Both the position numbers and the translations under genes were made by a program. The notes below the pieces were generated by a model, which had not been told where the DNA came from, ran no database searches, and worked only from the letters and a program-made list of their open reading frames with translations. Shown here one piece after another: positions 27,676 to 37,268 of a stretch of DNA of 64,000 nucleotides. The DNA is from Armatimonadota bacterium. Lineage in GTDB: Bacteria; Armatimonadota; Fimbriimonadia; Fimbriimonadales; GBS-DC. The stretch lies in NCBI GenBank assembly GCA_037445735.1, contig JBBIJY010000015.1, positions 1-64,000 on the forward strand. The letters run 5' to 3'. Positions within the stretch are counted from its first letter, which is position 1, and each line of letters opens with the position of its first letter.

Positions 27676-28902
27676 TTATTCACCTCCTGTCGGCTTCTTT
27701 TCGGGTTGGGGCTGTTGAGGTTGCTGATCAGGCTTCGGTTGCTGTTCAGGTCTGGGTTGCCCTTCGGGTCGAGGTTGCGGTTCAGGTCTTGGCTGCTGGG
27801 GCGGGCGCGGTGCGGGCGGACGCGCAGCTGGGACACGCGGCGCCGGGCGACGCGGCGCACCGCCCATCATCTGCTCGGGCGTGAGCGGCTTCACGATGGT
27901 GTTCGTGATCTTCGCCCGACTCCGCAGCTGAGCAACGAGGTCGTTCAGCTCCAGCTGAACCGCCTGCTGCCGAATCTGCCTCAGCTCATCGCCCTTCGCC
28001 TGCGAGCCAGTACGCTCCAGCCGCACGATCATGTAGGCGCCCAGCGTGCGGAACGGCTGCGACACCTGACCCGGCTTCAGCTTCTCCAGCTGTTGCAACA
28101 CATCGGGCACGATAAATCGCTTGTATTGCCACTCCAGCTGACCGCCCCGATCCCTGGTGAAGGGGTCCTCGGAATATTGCTTGGCTGCTTCTCCAAAGTC
28201 CAGCCCCTCGCTGATCTTCTGGTAGGCTTCTTTCGCTTTGGCTTCCGCAGCAGCGGCATTCTTTTCCTGCTCCTCAGGGGTACTGCCCTGAATGCGAATC
28301 AGAATCTGGCTATACTTGATGAAGTTATCCAGATTGATGCGCTTTTCAGCCAGCTTTTCCGCCAGCACGCGCGCGCGTGCCAGTGGGTAAAGGCGGCTGG
28401 GCGGATAGGTGTTGCGGCGCAGGAAGTCGTTGAGGCTCATGCCGGGTGGCAGGTTCGCCTCCGCGTTCTGCAGCTGCTGCTTGTAGCTGGCTTCCACCTC
28501 TTCGGGTTTGACCGTAATCTTTTGCTTACGGGCTTCCTGCTCGATAACGCGCACGAAGATCAGCTCTTCCAGTGCCTGTGCACCGTACCAATCGTAGGTT
28601 GCCCGCACCAGTTCACCAGCCCGAATCGGCTCGCCGTTCACCGTCGCAACCACCTTGTTCGGGTCTGGCAGAGGTGGCAGCGTCGGCGGCACGAATCTGG
28701 AAGCGGGCTTCGCCGATTGAGTTGTCGTGCGCTTCTGCTGGGGCGACGCGGCAGGCTTCTGCGTCGTTCTGGACACGGGCTTCTGCTGTACCGTCCCGCC
28801 CGATTTCGGCTGAGTCGTTCTGGACGACGGATTACTCGTCTGTACCGCTATCAAACTGCCTATCAGTGAAATCGCTATCAGACTACCGAACCATCTGTTC
28901 AT
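27676..28902 (-). CDS. PpiC-type peptidyl-prolyl isomerase (PrsA/SurA-like)
   Basis: Signal peptide at MNRWFGS (ATGA overlap), [37 protein letters not shown]; Pro/Gln-rich tail. Confidence 0.88.
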   Translation of the reverse strand: MNRWFGSLIAISLIGSLIAVQTSNPSSRTTQPKSGGTVQQKPVSRTTQKPAASPQQKRTTTQSAKPASRFVPPTLPPLPDPNKVVATVNGEPIRAGELVRATYDWYGAQALEELIFVRVIEQEARKQKITVKPEEVEASYKQQLQNAEANLPPGMSLNDFLRRNTYPPSRLYPLARARVLAEKLAEKRINLDNFIKYSQILIRIQGSTPEEQEKNAAAAEAKAKEAYQKISEGLDFGEAAKQYSEDPFTRDRGGQLEWQYKRFIVPDVLQQLEKLKPGQVSQPFRTLGAYMIVRLERTGSQAKGDELRQIRQQAVQLELNDLVAQLRSRAKITNTIVKPLTPEQMMGGAPRRPAPRVPAARPPAPRPPQQPRPEPQPRPEGQPRPEQQPKPDQQPQQPQPEKKPTGGE

Positions 28903-30866
28903 CGTCGTTCTCCTCCTGTGGCATGGGTTCGATTCGGCATGGGGCGCGGCATCTCCTGCAAGCTCTGGGTGAACAGCAGCGCCCAGTAGTGGAACGCGAT
29001 TATCGCTGCCATCAGCGTGCCCAGATCGTTCAGCAGGAAGCAGAGTACGCCCGCCGTGAGCCACGCCGTCTGCAGCGGGCGCGGAATCGGAGACACAACC
29101 TGCGTCCGTCGCAGCCATCGCACCGCCAGCAGGCTCGTTAGCAGCAGAACCGCCCACGGCGACAGAAGCGACTCGCCCAGATTCATGGCGAGTTTGCGGG
29201 CAATCAGCTGTGCGGCGTCGGAGCCATGCGCAGGGCTTGCGGGTTCGGTCAGGCTCGCCCAGAAGGCGTGCAGATGCGGCGTATTGAACCACAGCAGCGC
29301 CAGGCTCACCATCGCGATGACCCCCAGTCCCAGCACTGTGAGAACGCGCTTCTTGCGTGGCTGGGATGTCCCTGCCCCTGCAGTAAGGGCTATCCTGAAC
29401 GCCAGCAGGGTGCCGATGGTCGCCAGCGTCGCGCCCACATTCGCCGATTGCCAGCTCATCCAGAGCGTGAACAGCGCCAGCAAAATGAGCGCACCGAGCG
29501 GCAGCCCCTCGATGCGCAGCCATGCCGCGCACAGCGTCAGCACCCAGCTGAGCGCGAGCGCCGCGTACGGATTACCAACGCCATAGAACCGATAGCCGCC
29601 AGTCAGTGTGTAGCCGAACAGCCCATCGCGGTTCCAGTCGCCGCCGCTGAGCGTATCCAGCACGAGCGCGATCAGCCCCAGCCCCGCTATCGTTCCCAGC
29701 CCGACCAGCGGCGTGTCGAGCGCGCGTGCCAGCCAGCCGAGCATCGCCGTTCCGAGCAGCACGATCAGGGGCGCGCTCCAGAGGATAGAGGTGGGCAGCG
29801 CGGCGGGCAGCAGGCTGACAACGCCGAGCGCCACCCCCCACACGCCCCATGTGGCAGGTTCCACCAGCGCCCGCCACGCCGGTGAGGCATCGGCAGAGGC
29901 GGGGCGCGGCGCAGGCGACGGCTGACCCACCACACGCAGGCGAACTGCCGCCTGCTGGCGCATCGCGCGCCCTGCCTGATACGCCCACCAGCAGCCCAGC
30001 AGCGCCAGTCCAATCCACACCGCCCGGATCCATAACGCGCCCTGCCACAGCGGTTGACGCTTCAGCCACGCATCGCGCACCGTCAGCAACGCCTCCACCT
30101 TCACGGATGTGCCATCCCCACGCAACGGCGCGCCCAGCCCCGGTCGGGTACGCCACCCCAGCGCGACAAAGATGGTCGGGTTCAGTGAAAGCGTCTGACC
30201 CGCGCCCCGCACGCGCACCGAATCGTCCCACAGCCAGCCTCTGCCGACCTGCCTGCCGCGCAGCCACACCGCCCACAGCGCCTTCGCCTTGAGCGAACTA
30301 CCCACCACAATCATCAGATCGTCGGGCTGATTGAAAAATCGGGCAAGAAGCGCCAGCCAGCGATCAATCTGCTGCCAGGCGCGTTGCAGCAGCTGTTCCG
30401 CCTGCGCGGGTGTGCAGTACTCGGCGTAGCGCAGGGCACGCTCCACCTCGCTGAGATGCACATAGAGCCACTTCGATTGCCCTATATCGCGCTGCCATGC
30501 GCGGGGTAGCGCCTCTGGCGCGGTGCGTATGCCGAACGCCATTCCCGAATCAGGCAACAGGGGCAACAGGCGCGCTGCGGGCGGCGGCGTGCGACGGAGA
30601 GGGGTATCGCCATAAGAGCGCGCTGGGGCGGGTTCGCCCGTCTCATCATCCACCAGCCACAGGGCGGCGTCCCACTCGCGGGAGGGCACAGCGTGATTGG
30701 CGGTCGGCACCAGCCAGCCGGCCGCACCGATGCTCAGCGCGCGCTGGAGCCACACACTGCGGGCGAACATCGCGTCGCCTCCCGCCACAATCACCACCAG
30801 CACCCGCGCCTGCCCAACTGTTAGCAGGCTCGCCACCAGAAGGCTGGTTATTAACCCTCGCGCCAT
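28899..30866 (-). CDS. Polytopic membrane protein of unknown function
   Basis: Exported N-terminal region then about 10 TM segments; GYRFYGVGN and GANVG-like motifs. Confidence 0.7.
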   Translation of the reverse strand: MARGLITSLLVASLLTVGQARVLVVIVAGGDAMFARSVWLQRALSIGAAGWLVPTANHAVPSREWDAALWLVDDETGEPAPARSYGDTPLRRTPPPAARLLPLLPDSGMAFGIRTAPEALPRAWQRDIGQSKWLYVHLSEVERALRYAEYCTPAQAEQLLQRAWQQIDRWLALLARFFNQPDDLMIVVGSSLKAKALWAVWLRGRQVGRGWLWDDSVRVRGAGQTLSLNPTIFVALGWRTRPGLGAPLRGDGTSVKVEALLTVRDAWLKRQPLWQGALWIRAVWIGLALLGCWWAYQAGRAMRQQAAVRLRVVGQPSPAPRPASADASPAWRALVEPATWGVWGVALGVVSLLPAALPTSILWSAPLIVLLGTAMLGWLARALDTPLVGLGTIAGLGLIALVLDTLSGGDWNRDGLFGYTLTGGYRFYGVGNPYAALALSWVLTLCAAWLRIEGLPLGALILLALFTLWMSWQSANVGATLATIGTLLAFRIALTAGAGTSQPRKKRVLTVLGLGVIAMVSLALLWFNTPHLHAFWASLTEPASPAHGSDAAQLIARKLAMNLGESLLSPWAVLLLTSLLAVRWLRRTQVVSPIPRPLQTAWLTAGVLCFLLNDLGTLMAAIIAFHYWALLFTQSLQEMPRPMPNRTHATGGERR

Positions 30867-30890
30867 CGGCTTCTATCTTACCTGCCACCT

Positions 30891-31325
30891 TCAGGGTACG
30901 CATTTCACTTCTGGATAGCGGTTGAAATCAGCGGGATTGAAAGTGCATAAGTGCTTAATCTCATAGCTTGCCATCCACGCTACCAGGCGCGCATCATGCG
31001 CCTCACGCCCCAGAACCAAATATTGGCGACAAATCTCCATCCAGCGCAACCACAGGTCGTGTTGATCTGGCAAAAGTAGAAAATCGGCAGCGACCTGTTG
31101 AAGCAGCTCATAAGCTTCTTCAGCTGTCATGCCAAAGCCATTCTGCGCTTTTGGGCGAGTCACTACCACCCACATCTCATACAGTACCTGCGGCGCGACG
31201 CAGAGGATATAGCCTTGCTGCTCAAGCCACTGAAGGGACGCCACCGCCTGAATATGAAGAGGGTCATCCCTGGCGTAATACCGCAGAATTACCGAGGTAT
31301 CTACCAGAGCCTTCTGTTCACTCAT
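30891..31325 (-). CDS. PIN-domain (VapC-like) toxin
   Basis: ALVDTSVILR, PQVLYEMW, HDARLVA, TFNPADF. Confidence 0.88.
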   Translation of the reverse strand: MSEQKALVDTSVILRYYARDDPLHIQAVASLQWLEQQGYILCVAPQVLYEMWVVVTRPKAQNGFGMTAEEAYELLQQVAADFLLLPDQHDLWLRWMEICRQYLVLGREAHDARLVAWMASYEIKHLCTFNPADFNRYPEVKCVP

Positions 31326-32190
31326 CGTAGAATCCAGAGGCGCGAGAGCTGTGGACAGGATCCGGCAAAGAAACCCCTTCCAGGATTCCTGCGTGTGCGG
31401 GAAGCAAACCGTTGTAAACCAGACCGTAGTTCTTCTCGTCAATCAAACCCCATACCCGATCGAACTGCCCCCACAGCTCACGCCCCCATGGCACATTTGC
31501 GCTGGGATTCTGATAGATTTCAAGCACAGGGATTTTCTCTTCCACATCAATCCCCCTGCGACAATATTTTTCATATATTTTTTTGATATTTTTTATAAAA
31601 TCACTGAAATTTTCGTATTTGATTTGCCTGATTTCTCGTTCAAATCCTGAAAGGTAAGCTTTTACTTCTTCAATGCGTAGTGCTGCAATTGCGCTGAGAT
31701 GCGCGTTTCTCGCTGCATACGCAAGAAGAGAGCCTTTTTTTGTAAGCACAGCTCCAATTGGATGAGCTTTGCCCTGAATCGGATTGAAGCTAATAGCTGA
31801 AGACAACCCGAGCAGCTTTTGCATAATAGTCACTTGATGTGTCTGCGCTCCACACGGATCAAACAGTACCACCATTACCGGCAGGTTTTGGAATGGGAAT
31901 CTGACCCTCACTGTATCCAAGACTTTACGCAACTGATTGGCTTTCTTGCGCACCTTTAGGAGCAATCGCGAGGTTTTCACGGGTATAAGCTCTTCTTCTG
32001 AATCGATCTCAAACTCACTCACCTCAACCAGGGCCCTGGGTGCGCCAGAGGCATCCAGAATGGTGAAGTCGGGTGCAGCGTCGCCTTTGTTCAGCCCCAG
32101 CTGGCGACGGAACTCTGCTTCTGTCCAGTATTGCCAGCCCTGCCGTTCCAGATACTCGCGGAACAGGTTCTCTGCTTGCTTATAGTGCAT
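31318..32190 (-). CDS. Hypothetical protein, PD-(D/E)xK nuclease-like N-terminus
   Basis: AENLFREYL..APDF..LVEVSE pattern; AT-rich segment; stop overlaps PIN start. Confidence 0.55.
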   Translation of the reverse strand: MHYKQAENLFREYLERQGWQYWTEAEFRRQLGLNKGDAAPDFTILDASGAPRALVEVSEFEIDSEEELIPVKTSRLLLKVRKKANQLRKVLDTVRVRFPFQNLPVMVVLFDPCGAQTHQVTIMQKLLGLSSAISFNPIQGKAHPIGAVLTKKGSLLAYAARNAHLSAIAALRIEEVKAYLSGFEREIRQIKYENFSDFIKNIKKIYEKYCRRGIDVEEKIPVLEIYQNPSANVPWGRELWGQFDRVWGLIDEKNYGLVYNGLLPAHAGILEGVSLPDPVHSSRASGFYDE

Positions 32191-32208
32191 GCTTCTATTT
32201 TACCATGT

Positions 32209-33582
32209 CTACCCCACTGCCTCCACGATGTAGCGCACGATGAACACCAGCGCGAACACCAGCACCAGCCAGTGCACCTCGCGCAGCCGCCCCGTGACCA
32301 GCTTCAGCACCGTGTAGCTGATGAAGCCGATTGCGATTCCTTCGGTGATGCTGACGGTGAACGCCATCAGCGCGATGGTCAGGAAGGCGGGCAGCGATTC
32401 GGTGAGGTCGTCCCAGGGGATATGGCGCACGCCTGTCAGCATGAACGCGCCCACCAGGATCAGCGCGGGCGCGATAATCGGGTACTGCTTGAACGGGAAC
32501 TCGACGCCCGGCGCCACTGTCCAGGTGACGGTGGTCTCCGCTGTGAGCACGGCGACCAGCGGATAGACGAACAGCCCTGCCAGCATCAGGATGCCAGCAG
32601 TGATGGCGGTCAGCCCGGTGCGTCCGCCTGCCGAGACGCCCGCCGCGCTCTCGATGTAGGCGGTGATGGTGGAGGTGCCCAGCAGCCCGCCCAGCGTGGT
32701 GGCAATCGCGTCGCTCAGCAGTGCCCGCCCTGCGCGGGGCAGCCGACCGTTCTGGAGCAGCCCTGCCTGCGCACTCACGCCAATCAGCGTGCCCACCGTG
32801 TCGAACACCGACGCCAGAAAGAAGATGAACACGATGGCGATCAGCTCGGTTCCATGCGCGAACAAGCCCCTTAAATCCAGCTTCAGAAAGGTCGGCTCGA
32901 TGGAGGGTGGCAGCCAGCTCTGCGTGCGGAGCGGCTCCGTGCTGGTCAGCCCCATCAGCAAGGCGACCATCAGGCTCGCCATCAGCCCGATCAGGATCGC
33001 GCCACGGATGCGCAGCACGGTCAGCACCGCCATTACGATGAAGCCCACACCCGCCACCAGCACCGACGGGCTGCCCAGGTCGCCAATCTGCACCAGCGTG
33101 CCCGCACTCGCCTTCACAAAGCCGCCCCATTCCAGCCCGATCAGCGTGATAAGCAGTCCGATGCCCACCGCGATGCCATGCTTGAGCGATTGGGGCACAC
33201 TGTCCACAATCGCCTCGCGGAAGCGCACGGCGGACAGCAGGATGAACAGCACGCCCGACAGAAAGACCGCCGCCAGCGCCTGCTGCCAGCTGTAGCCCAT
33301 CAGCAGGCAGACCGTGTAGGCGAAAAAGGCGTTATGCCCCATGCCGGGCGCGCCCGCAATCGGGTAGTTCGCCAGCAAGCCTATCAGAATGCTCACCGTC
33401 GCGGCGCACAGGCAGGTCGCCACCATCACCGCGCCCTTGTCCATGCCCGCCACGCTCAAAATGGCAGGATTGACAAAGATGATGTAGCTCATCGTGAGGA
33501 AGGTCGTAAGCCCCGCCAGCAGCTCCTGACGAACCGTTGTGCTCGACTCCCTTAACCGAAAAAGGCGCTCCAGCCAGCCCAT
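32209..33582 (-). CDS. NCS2/AzgA family purine permease
   Basis: AGLTTFLTMSYIIFVNP, APGMGHNAFF, FDTVGT, YIESAAGV..GGRTGLTA; GGAGG RBS. Confidence 0.93.
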   Translation of the reverse strand: MGWLERLFRLRESSTTVRQELLAGLTTFLTMSYIIFVNPAILSVAGMDKGAVMVATCLCAATVSILIGLLANYPIAGAPGMGHNAFFAYTVCLLMGYSWQQALAAVFLSGVLFILLSAVRFREAIVDSVPQSLKHGIAVGIGLLITLIGLEWGGFVKASAGTLVQIGDLGSPSVLVAGVGFIVMAVLTVLRIRGAILIGLMASLMVALLMGLTSTEPLRTQSWLPPSIEPTFLKLDLRGLFAHGTELIAIVFIFFLASVFDTVGTLIGVSAQAGLLQNGRLPRAGRALLSDAIATTLGGLLGTSTITAYIESAAGVSAGGRTGLTAITAGILMLAGLFVYPLVAVLTAETTVTWTVAPGVEFPFKQYPIIAPALILVGAFMLTGVRHIPWDDLTESLPAFLTIALMAFTVSITEGIAIGFISYTVLKLVTGRLREVHWLVLVFALVFIVRYIVEAVG

Positions 33583-33672
33583 CGCTCTCCTCCGTGAACC
33601 TCTATAAGAGTACCCGCCCTGCAAAGTAGTTCCATGCAGGAATCGAGCCATCGGGCGTGTATAATCCCGATT

Positions 33673-34653
33673 ATGAATGCGATTGTTGGCTGGAGCGTTT
33701 CGTGTGCGCTGTTGATCGGGCTGGTGAGCATGGCAGCACGCCAGCCACAGGAGAAACCGTCAGCGCAGGCTGCCCCGCCCAAAATGCGCGGGCAGTGTGA
33801 AGTGTGCCACCGCCAGGAAGCGCTGGACTGGAGCCAGTCGCGCCATGCGCAGGCATGGGTCAGCGAAACTTTCGCCATGTCCACCAGCAACCGCTCCATC
33901 AAGATGTGCCTGCCCTGCCACGCGCCCGAGCCGATTCTGGTTAAGGGCTTCGGCGAGCATCCCGACCTGCGCAGCGGCGAGCGCGAACATGGCATCGACT
34001 GCATCAGCTGCCACCGCGATGCGAACGGCGCCTATCACGGCAGGCTCGGCACCCAGCCCGAAGACCACCCCGGTCCCGTCGTCAAAAACGAGAAGTTCGG
34101 CACGCACGAGATGTGCGGCACCTGCCACGAGGTGTTCGGCACCTACGACGCCTTCAAGCAGACGCAGTGGGCGAAGGACCCCAACGGCTGCATCAACTGC
34201 CACATGCCCGTCGTGGAGCGACCGATTGCCGTCGCGCCATCGGGACTGCCCGCCCGCAAAGCGCGCGTGCATAAGTTCGAAGGCGCGACCCCCGAAATGT
34301 TCCAGAAGGGCGTCAAAGTCGCCGCCGAACGCAAGAACGACGCCCTGCAGGTGAGCATGGAAAGCGTGTGGGTCGGACACACCGTGCCCACAGGACCCGA
34401 GCAGGTGGTGATGATTGTCGATGTGCGCTTGCTGAAGGCAGGCAGCGAGGTCGGCAAGAAGCAGGAACTGCTCGCCGATAATGTCGCCATCGACGGCTCC
34501 GACACCCGCCTGCAACCGGGCGAACGGCGCGTGTTCCGCATCCCGCTGATCGGCGAACCCGACGAAGCGCTCGTGCGAATCCTGCACAAGCGCAACCGCG
34601 ACCTCCCCGACGAAAAGGCGACCGTCCTGTACGAAACGAAGGTGAAACTATGA
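33673..34653 (+). CDS. Exported pentaheme c-type cytochrome
   Basis: Signal peptide and five CXXCH motifs: CEVCH, CLPCH, CISCH, CGTCH, CINCH. Confidence 0.9.
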   Translation: MNAIVGWSVSCALLIGLVSMAARQPQEKPSAQAAPPKMRGQCEVCHRQEALDWSQSRHAQAWVSETFAMSTSNRSIKMCLPCHAPEPILVKGFGEHPDLRSGEREHGIDCISCHRDANGAYHGRLGTQPEDHPGPVVKNEKFGTHEMCGTCHEVFGTYDAFKQTQWAKDPNGCINCHMPVVERPIAVAPSGLPARKARVHKFEGATPEMFQKGVKVAAERKNDALQVSMESVWVGHTVPTGPEQVVMIVDVRLLKAGSEVGKKQELLADNVAIDGSDTRLQPGERRVFRIPLIGEPDEALVRILHKRNRDLPDEKATVLYETKVKL

Positions 34654-36065
34654 GGCGATTCGCTGGCTTGCTGACGCTCTGGCTCGCGCTGGGGTTCACT
34701 CAACCCGCGCAGAACCCCATGGTGGCAATTGCCGGCAAAATCGTGGAGATCGATGCGCCCATTCAGATCACCGCCGAAACCAATGTGGTCGGCTTCGACT
34801 GGCTGGAAAATGGGCGATACCTCGTGTACCAGATTGTGCCGCCAGAGAGCAGAGAGCGCTATATCGCGCCCTCCAGCGATTCCACCCTCTGGCGACGGCA
34901 ATTCTCGACCGCCCTCTATCTCTATGACACCCGAACCCGACGCACCACGCTCATCCATCGCGACAATATTGACGACTGGCGCGTGGTGCTGAACGGCAGG
35001 GCGGTGCTGTATGTCGTGCGTGACGCCCAGCTGGAACGGGCAGCGAATGGCGCGCATGAAAAGTCGCTCTCCACGCTCTACCTGCGCTCGTCCAGCCAGA
35101 GCCAGCCGAAGGTGATTCTGCAAATGGATACGCACATCGGGCTGAGCTGTTCACCGAATGGGCGCTATGTGCTGGTCAGCGCGCCCGGCGCATCGGGAGG
35201 CAACCCGCTGATCGATCTGCAAACAGGTCGCACGGTTCGCTCCTTCGACAACGCTCTATGGGTTTCGTCCATCTGGAGCGACGATAGCACCCTCTATCTG
35301 TCCCGCCGCCACCATCGGCAAAGGGACTATTTGGTCTATAATGTGCGCACCGACGAGATAAAGCCGATCACGGAGAGTGTGTACCGTCAGGTAGTCCAGC
35401 AGAAGCCCTCGCCAGTATATCGTCTGCTACGCTATGCGACGCGCCGTCTGCGCCTGCAAACCCAGCTTGACACCCTGCCTGCGGAAGGGGTCGGCATAGC
35501 CCCCCTTATGCTGGAGCCGAAGTATAGCGCGACTCAGCTCTATCTCGAATCGCTGGAGGCGAAGACCGAGCGCTATCGTCGGGCGACAGTGGCACACGAT
35601 AGCGATTCGCAGCTCTGCTCGCTGGCGCCTGATGAGAGCGGCGTCGCCTACTGCAACTGGCGCGGACAGCTATTCTATGTGCCCCTGCGCTCGCGCGACC
35701 CCAGCACCCTGCCCGAATCGCTCGCCTGCGGACTGGAACCCACCCGTGAACAAATCCGTGACTACTATCTCAGCAACGGCAAGCAGATTGCGCTGGCGAC
35801 GCTGATGTACTGTGCGGACTATGACGAGACCTTCCCACCCAGCCAGAGCATCACCGACCTGCTGTTCCCCTATATCAAGAACTCCGATGTGTTTCGCGAC
35901 GCCTTCACAGGGCAACTGATCTTCACCTACCTGATGGATGGTCAAACCCTGTCCAGCATCACGGAACCTGCCACGACTCCCATCGGTCGCCTCGACTGGG
36001 GCGATCCCGAATGGGTGGTGGTTCTCTACGCGGACGGTCATGTGAAAGCTGAGCGCCGGCAATAG
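34650..36065 (+). CDS. Secreted protein, propeller-like region plus C-terminal DUF1559/H-X9-DG-like domain
   Basis: SPNGRYVL/APDESGVAY TolB-like repeats; SNGKQIALATLMYCADYDETFP..VLYADGHVK; ATGA overlap with cytochrome. Confidence 0.65.
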   Translation: MRRFAGLLTLWLALGFTQPAQNPMVAIAGKIVEIDAPIQITAETNVVGFDWLENGRYLVYQIVPPESRERYIAPSSDSTLWRRQFSTALYLYDTRTRRTTLIHRDNIDDWRVVLNGRAVLYVVRDAQLERAANGAHEKSLSTLYLRSSSQSQPKVILQMDTHIGLSCSPNGRYVLVSAPGASGGNPLIDLQTGRTVRSFDNALWVSSIWSDDSTLYLSRRHHRQRDYLVYNVRTDEIKPITESVYRQVVQQKPSPVYRLLRYATRRLRLQTQLDTLPAEGVGIAPLMLEPKYSATQLYLESLEAKTERYRRATVAHDSDSQLCSLAPDESGVAYCNWRGQLFYVPLRSRDPSTLPESLACGLEPTREQIRDYYLSNGKQIALATLMYCADYDETFPPSQSITDLLFPYIKNSDVFRDAFTGQLIFTYLMDGQTLSSITEPATTPIGRLDWGDPEWVVVLYADGHVKAERRQ

Positions 36066-36103
36066 CGGTCTGAAACCGCTCGGGGCCCCCTCGCCAGCCA
36101 CGC

Positions 36104-37090
36104 TTATCCTGGCTCGACAGGGAGCGGACACTGGCGCGCCAGCTCCGGGGAGCAACTTGCCAGACGCCCTATCTGCAGAGGAAACGCTATTTCCGGATAA
36201 TGCTCGACCAATTCCAGAAAATCGTACCAGTGGCTATGGTTGCCCCGACGCCAGCGCGTCCCATACACCCGATCGCACGCCGCGTAAATCCGACTCCAGC
36301 GCCGACGCACCGCATGGTGCAGCGCCCCTCCGCGATAGTGGTTCCCTCTAAAACGGTCCATCCTCGACAGCCAGTCGGCTATCTGCTCGTTGCTCAATCG
36401 CAGATGGTACGCCAGCTGCACCAGCAGCAACCGATCGCTCCGCAGATGCAGGCGGGGCGCCTCACGCTCAAACAGCTGAAACAGCAGCGTTGCCCAGCGC
36501 GGGCGCTGCTTAACCTGCGCGCGATCCAGCCCGACCAGCGCCGGTTTCCAGCCTCGCAGGCGAAGTGGATACTCATTCGGAGCGCGATAGACCTGACAGC
36601 CCATATCCACATAGCCGCTCAGCTCTTCCTCACCGAACACCTCTTTGGTGAACGACTTCAGATGCAGTCCCCGATGCAGGTGAAGGAAACTGCGCAGAAG
36701 CAGCCATCGCGCCTGATCCAGCAGGGATGGCTCCCCATCCTCGCGCCAGCCGTAGAAGCCGATGAGGTTGATCCCCTCGCCCCGATGTGCCTTCACCAGG
36801 TCAGGACCCCACACCACGCTGGCATAATGCACGCTGTTGAGTGCCAGACTGGTGTTGCTGGTGCGCACACTGGCGACAAAGTTGTCGCTGACAGCCACGG
36901 TCAGCCCGAAGGCATAAAGGGTGTCATCTTCATCCACCACCACGGCGGAGGTGGCACCGCCGCGGCGCAGCCATTCGCACCACTGATTAACGCGCTGGCG
37001 CATCAGGGAGTCGGTCAGCAGGCATGCGTCGCGACTGAGCGCCACACACCGCTCCACATCCTCCAGCGTTGTCAATCTCACTTTTAGCAT
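36104..37090 (-). CDS. Hypothetical regulator, GNAT-like N-terminus with degenerate HTH
   Basis: VRLTTLEDVERCVAL start; LSNEQIADWL..AVRRRWSRIY; divergent from the M23 gene. Confidence 0.45.
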   Translation of the reverse strand: MLKVRLTTLEDVERCVALSRDACLLTDSLMRQRVNQWCEWLRRGGATSAVVVDEDDTLYAFGLTVAVSDNFVASVRTSNTSLALNSVHYASVVWGPDLVKAHRGEGINLIGFYGWREDGEPSLLDQARWLLLRSFLHLHRGLHLKSFTKEVFGEEELSGYVDMGCQVYRAPNEYPLRLRGWKPALVGLDRAQVKQRPRWATLLFQLFEREAPRLHLRSDRLLLVQLAYHLRLSNEQIADWLSRMDRFRGNHYRGGALHHAVRRRWSRIYAACDRVYGTRWRRGNHSHWYDFLELVEHYPEIAFPLQIGRLASCSPELARQCPLPVEPG

Positions 37091-37268
37091 AATCCTCACC
37101 TGCTTATAGATTCGCGCGGTGGTGGGTCATCTCCTGCTTCTGGAGGGCGAGAGGGGCGATTTGCTGGGGGGTGTTGTGCAAAATCGTCCCATGTATTCGC
37201 ATTTTCTGGTCTCAAGAGCAGCAGGAAGGACTTGCAGAGTGGTGTATACTACAGATCAGGTGATGGCG

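Noticed and set aside
27690-27830. Pro/Gln tandem repeats at the PPIase C-terminus
   Set aside because: Ordinary low-complexity disordered tail
28903-29532. N-terminal extension of the PPIase ORF (27676..29532)
   Set aside because: Overlaps the membrane protein gene; RBS, signal peptide and ATGA overlap support a start at 28902
33583-33672. Purine riboswitch upstream of the NCS2 permease
   Set aside because: Region is only about 90 bp, shared with a divergent promoter, and lacks the aptamer core motifs
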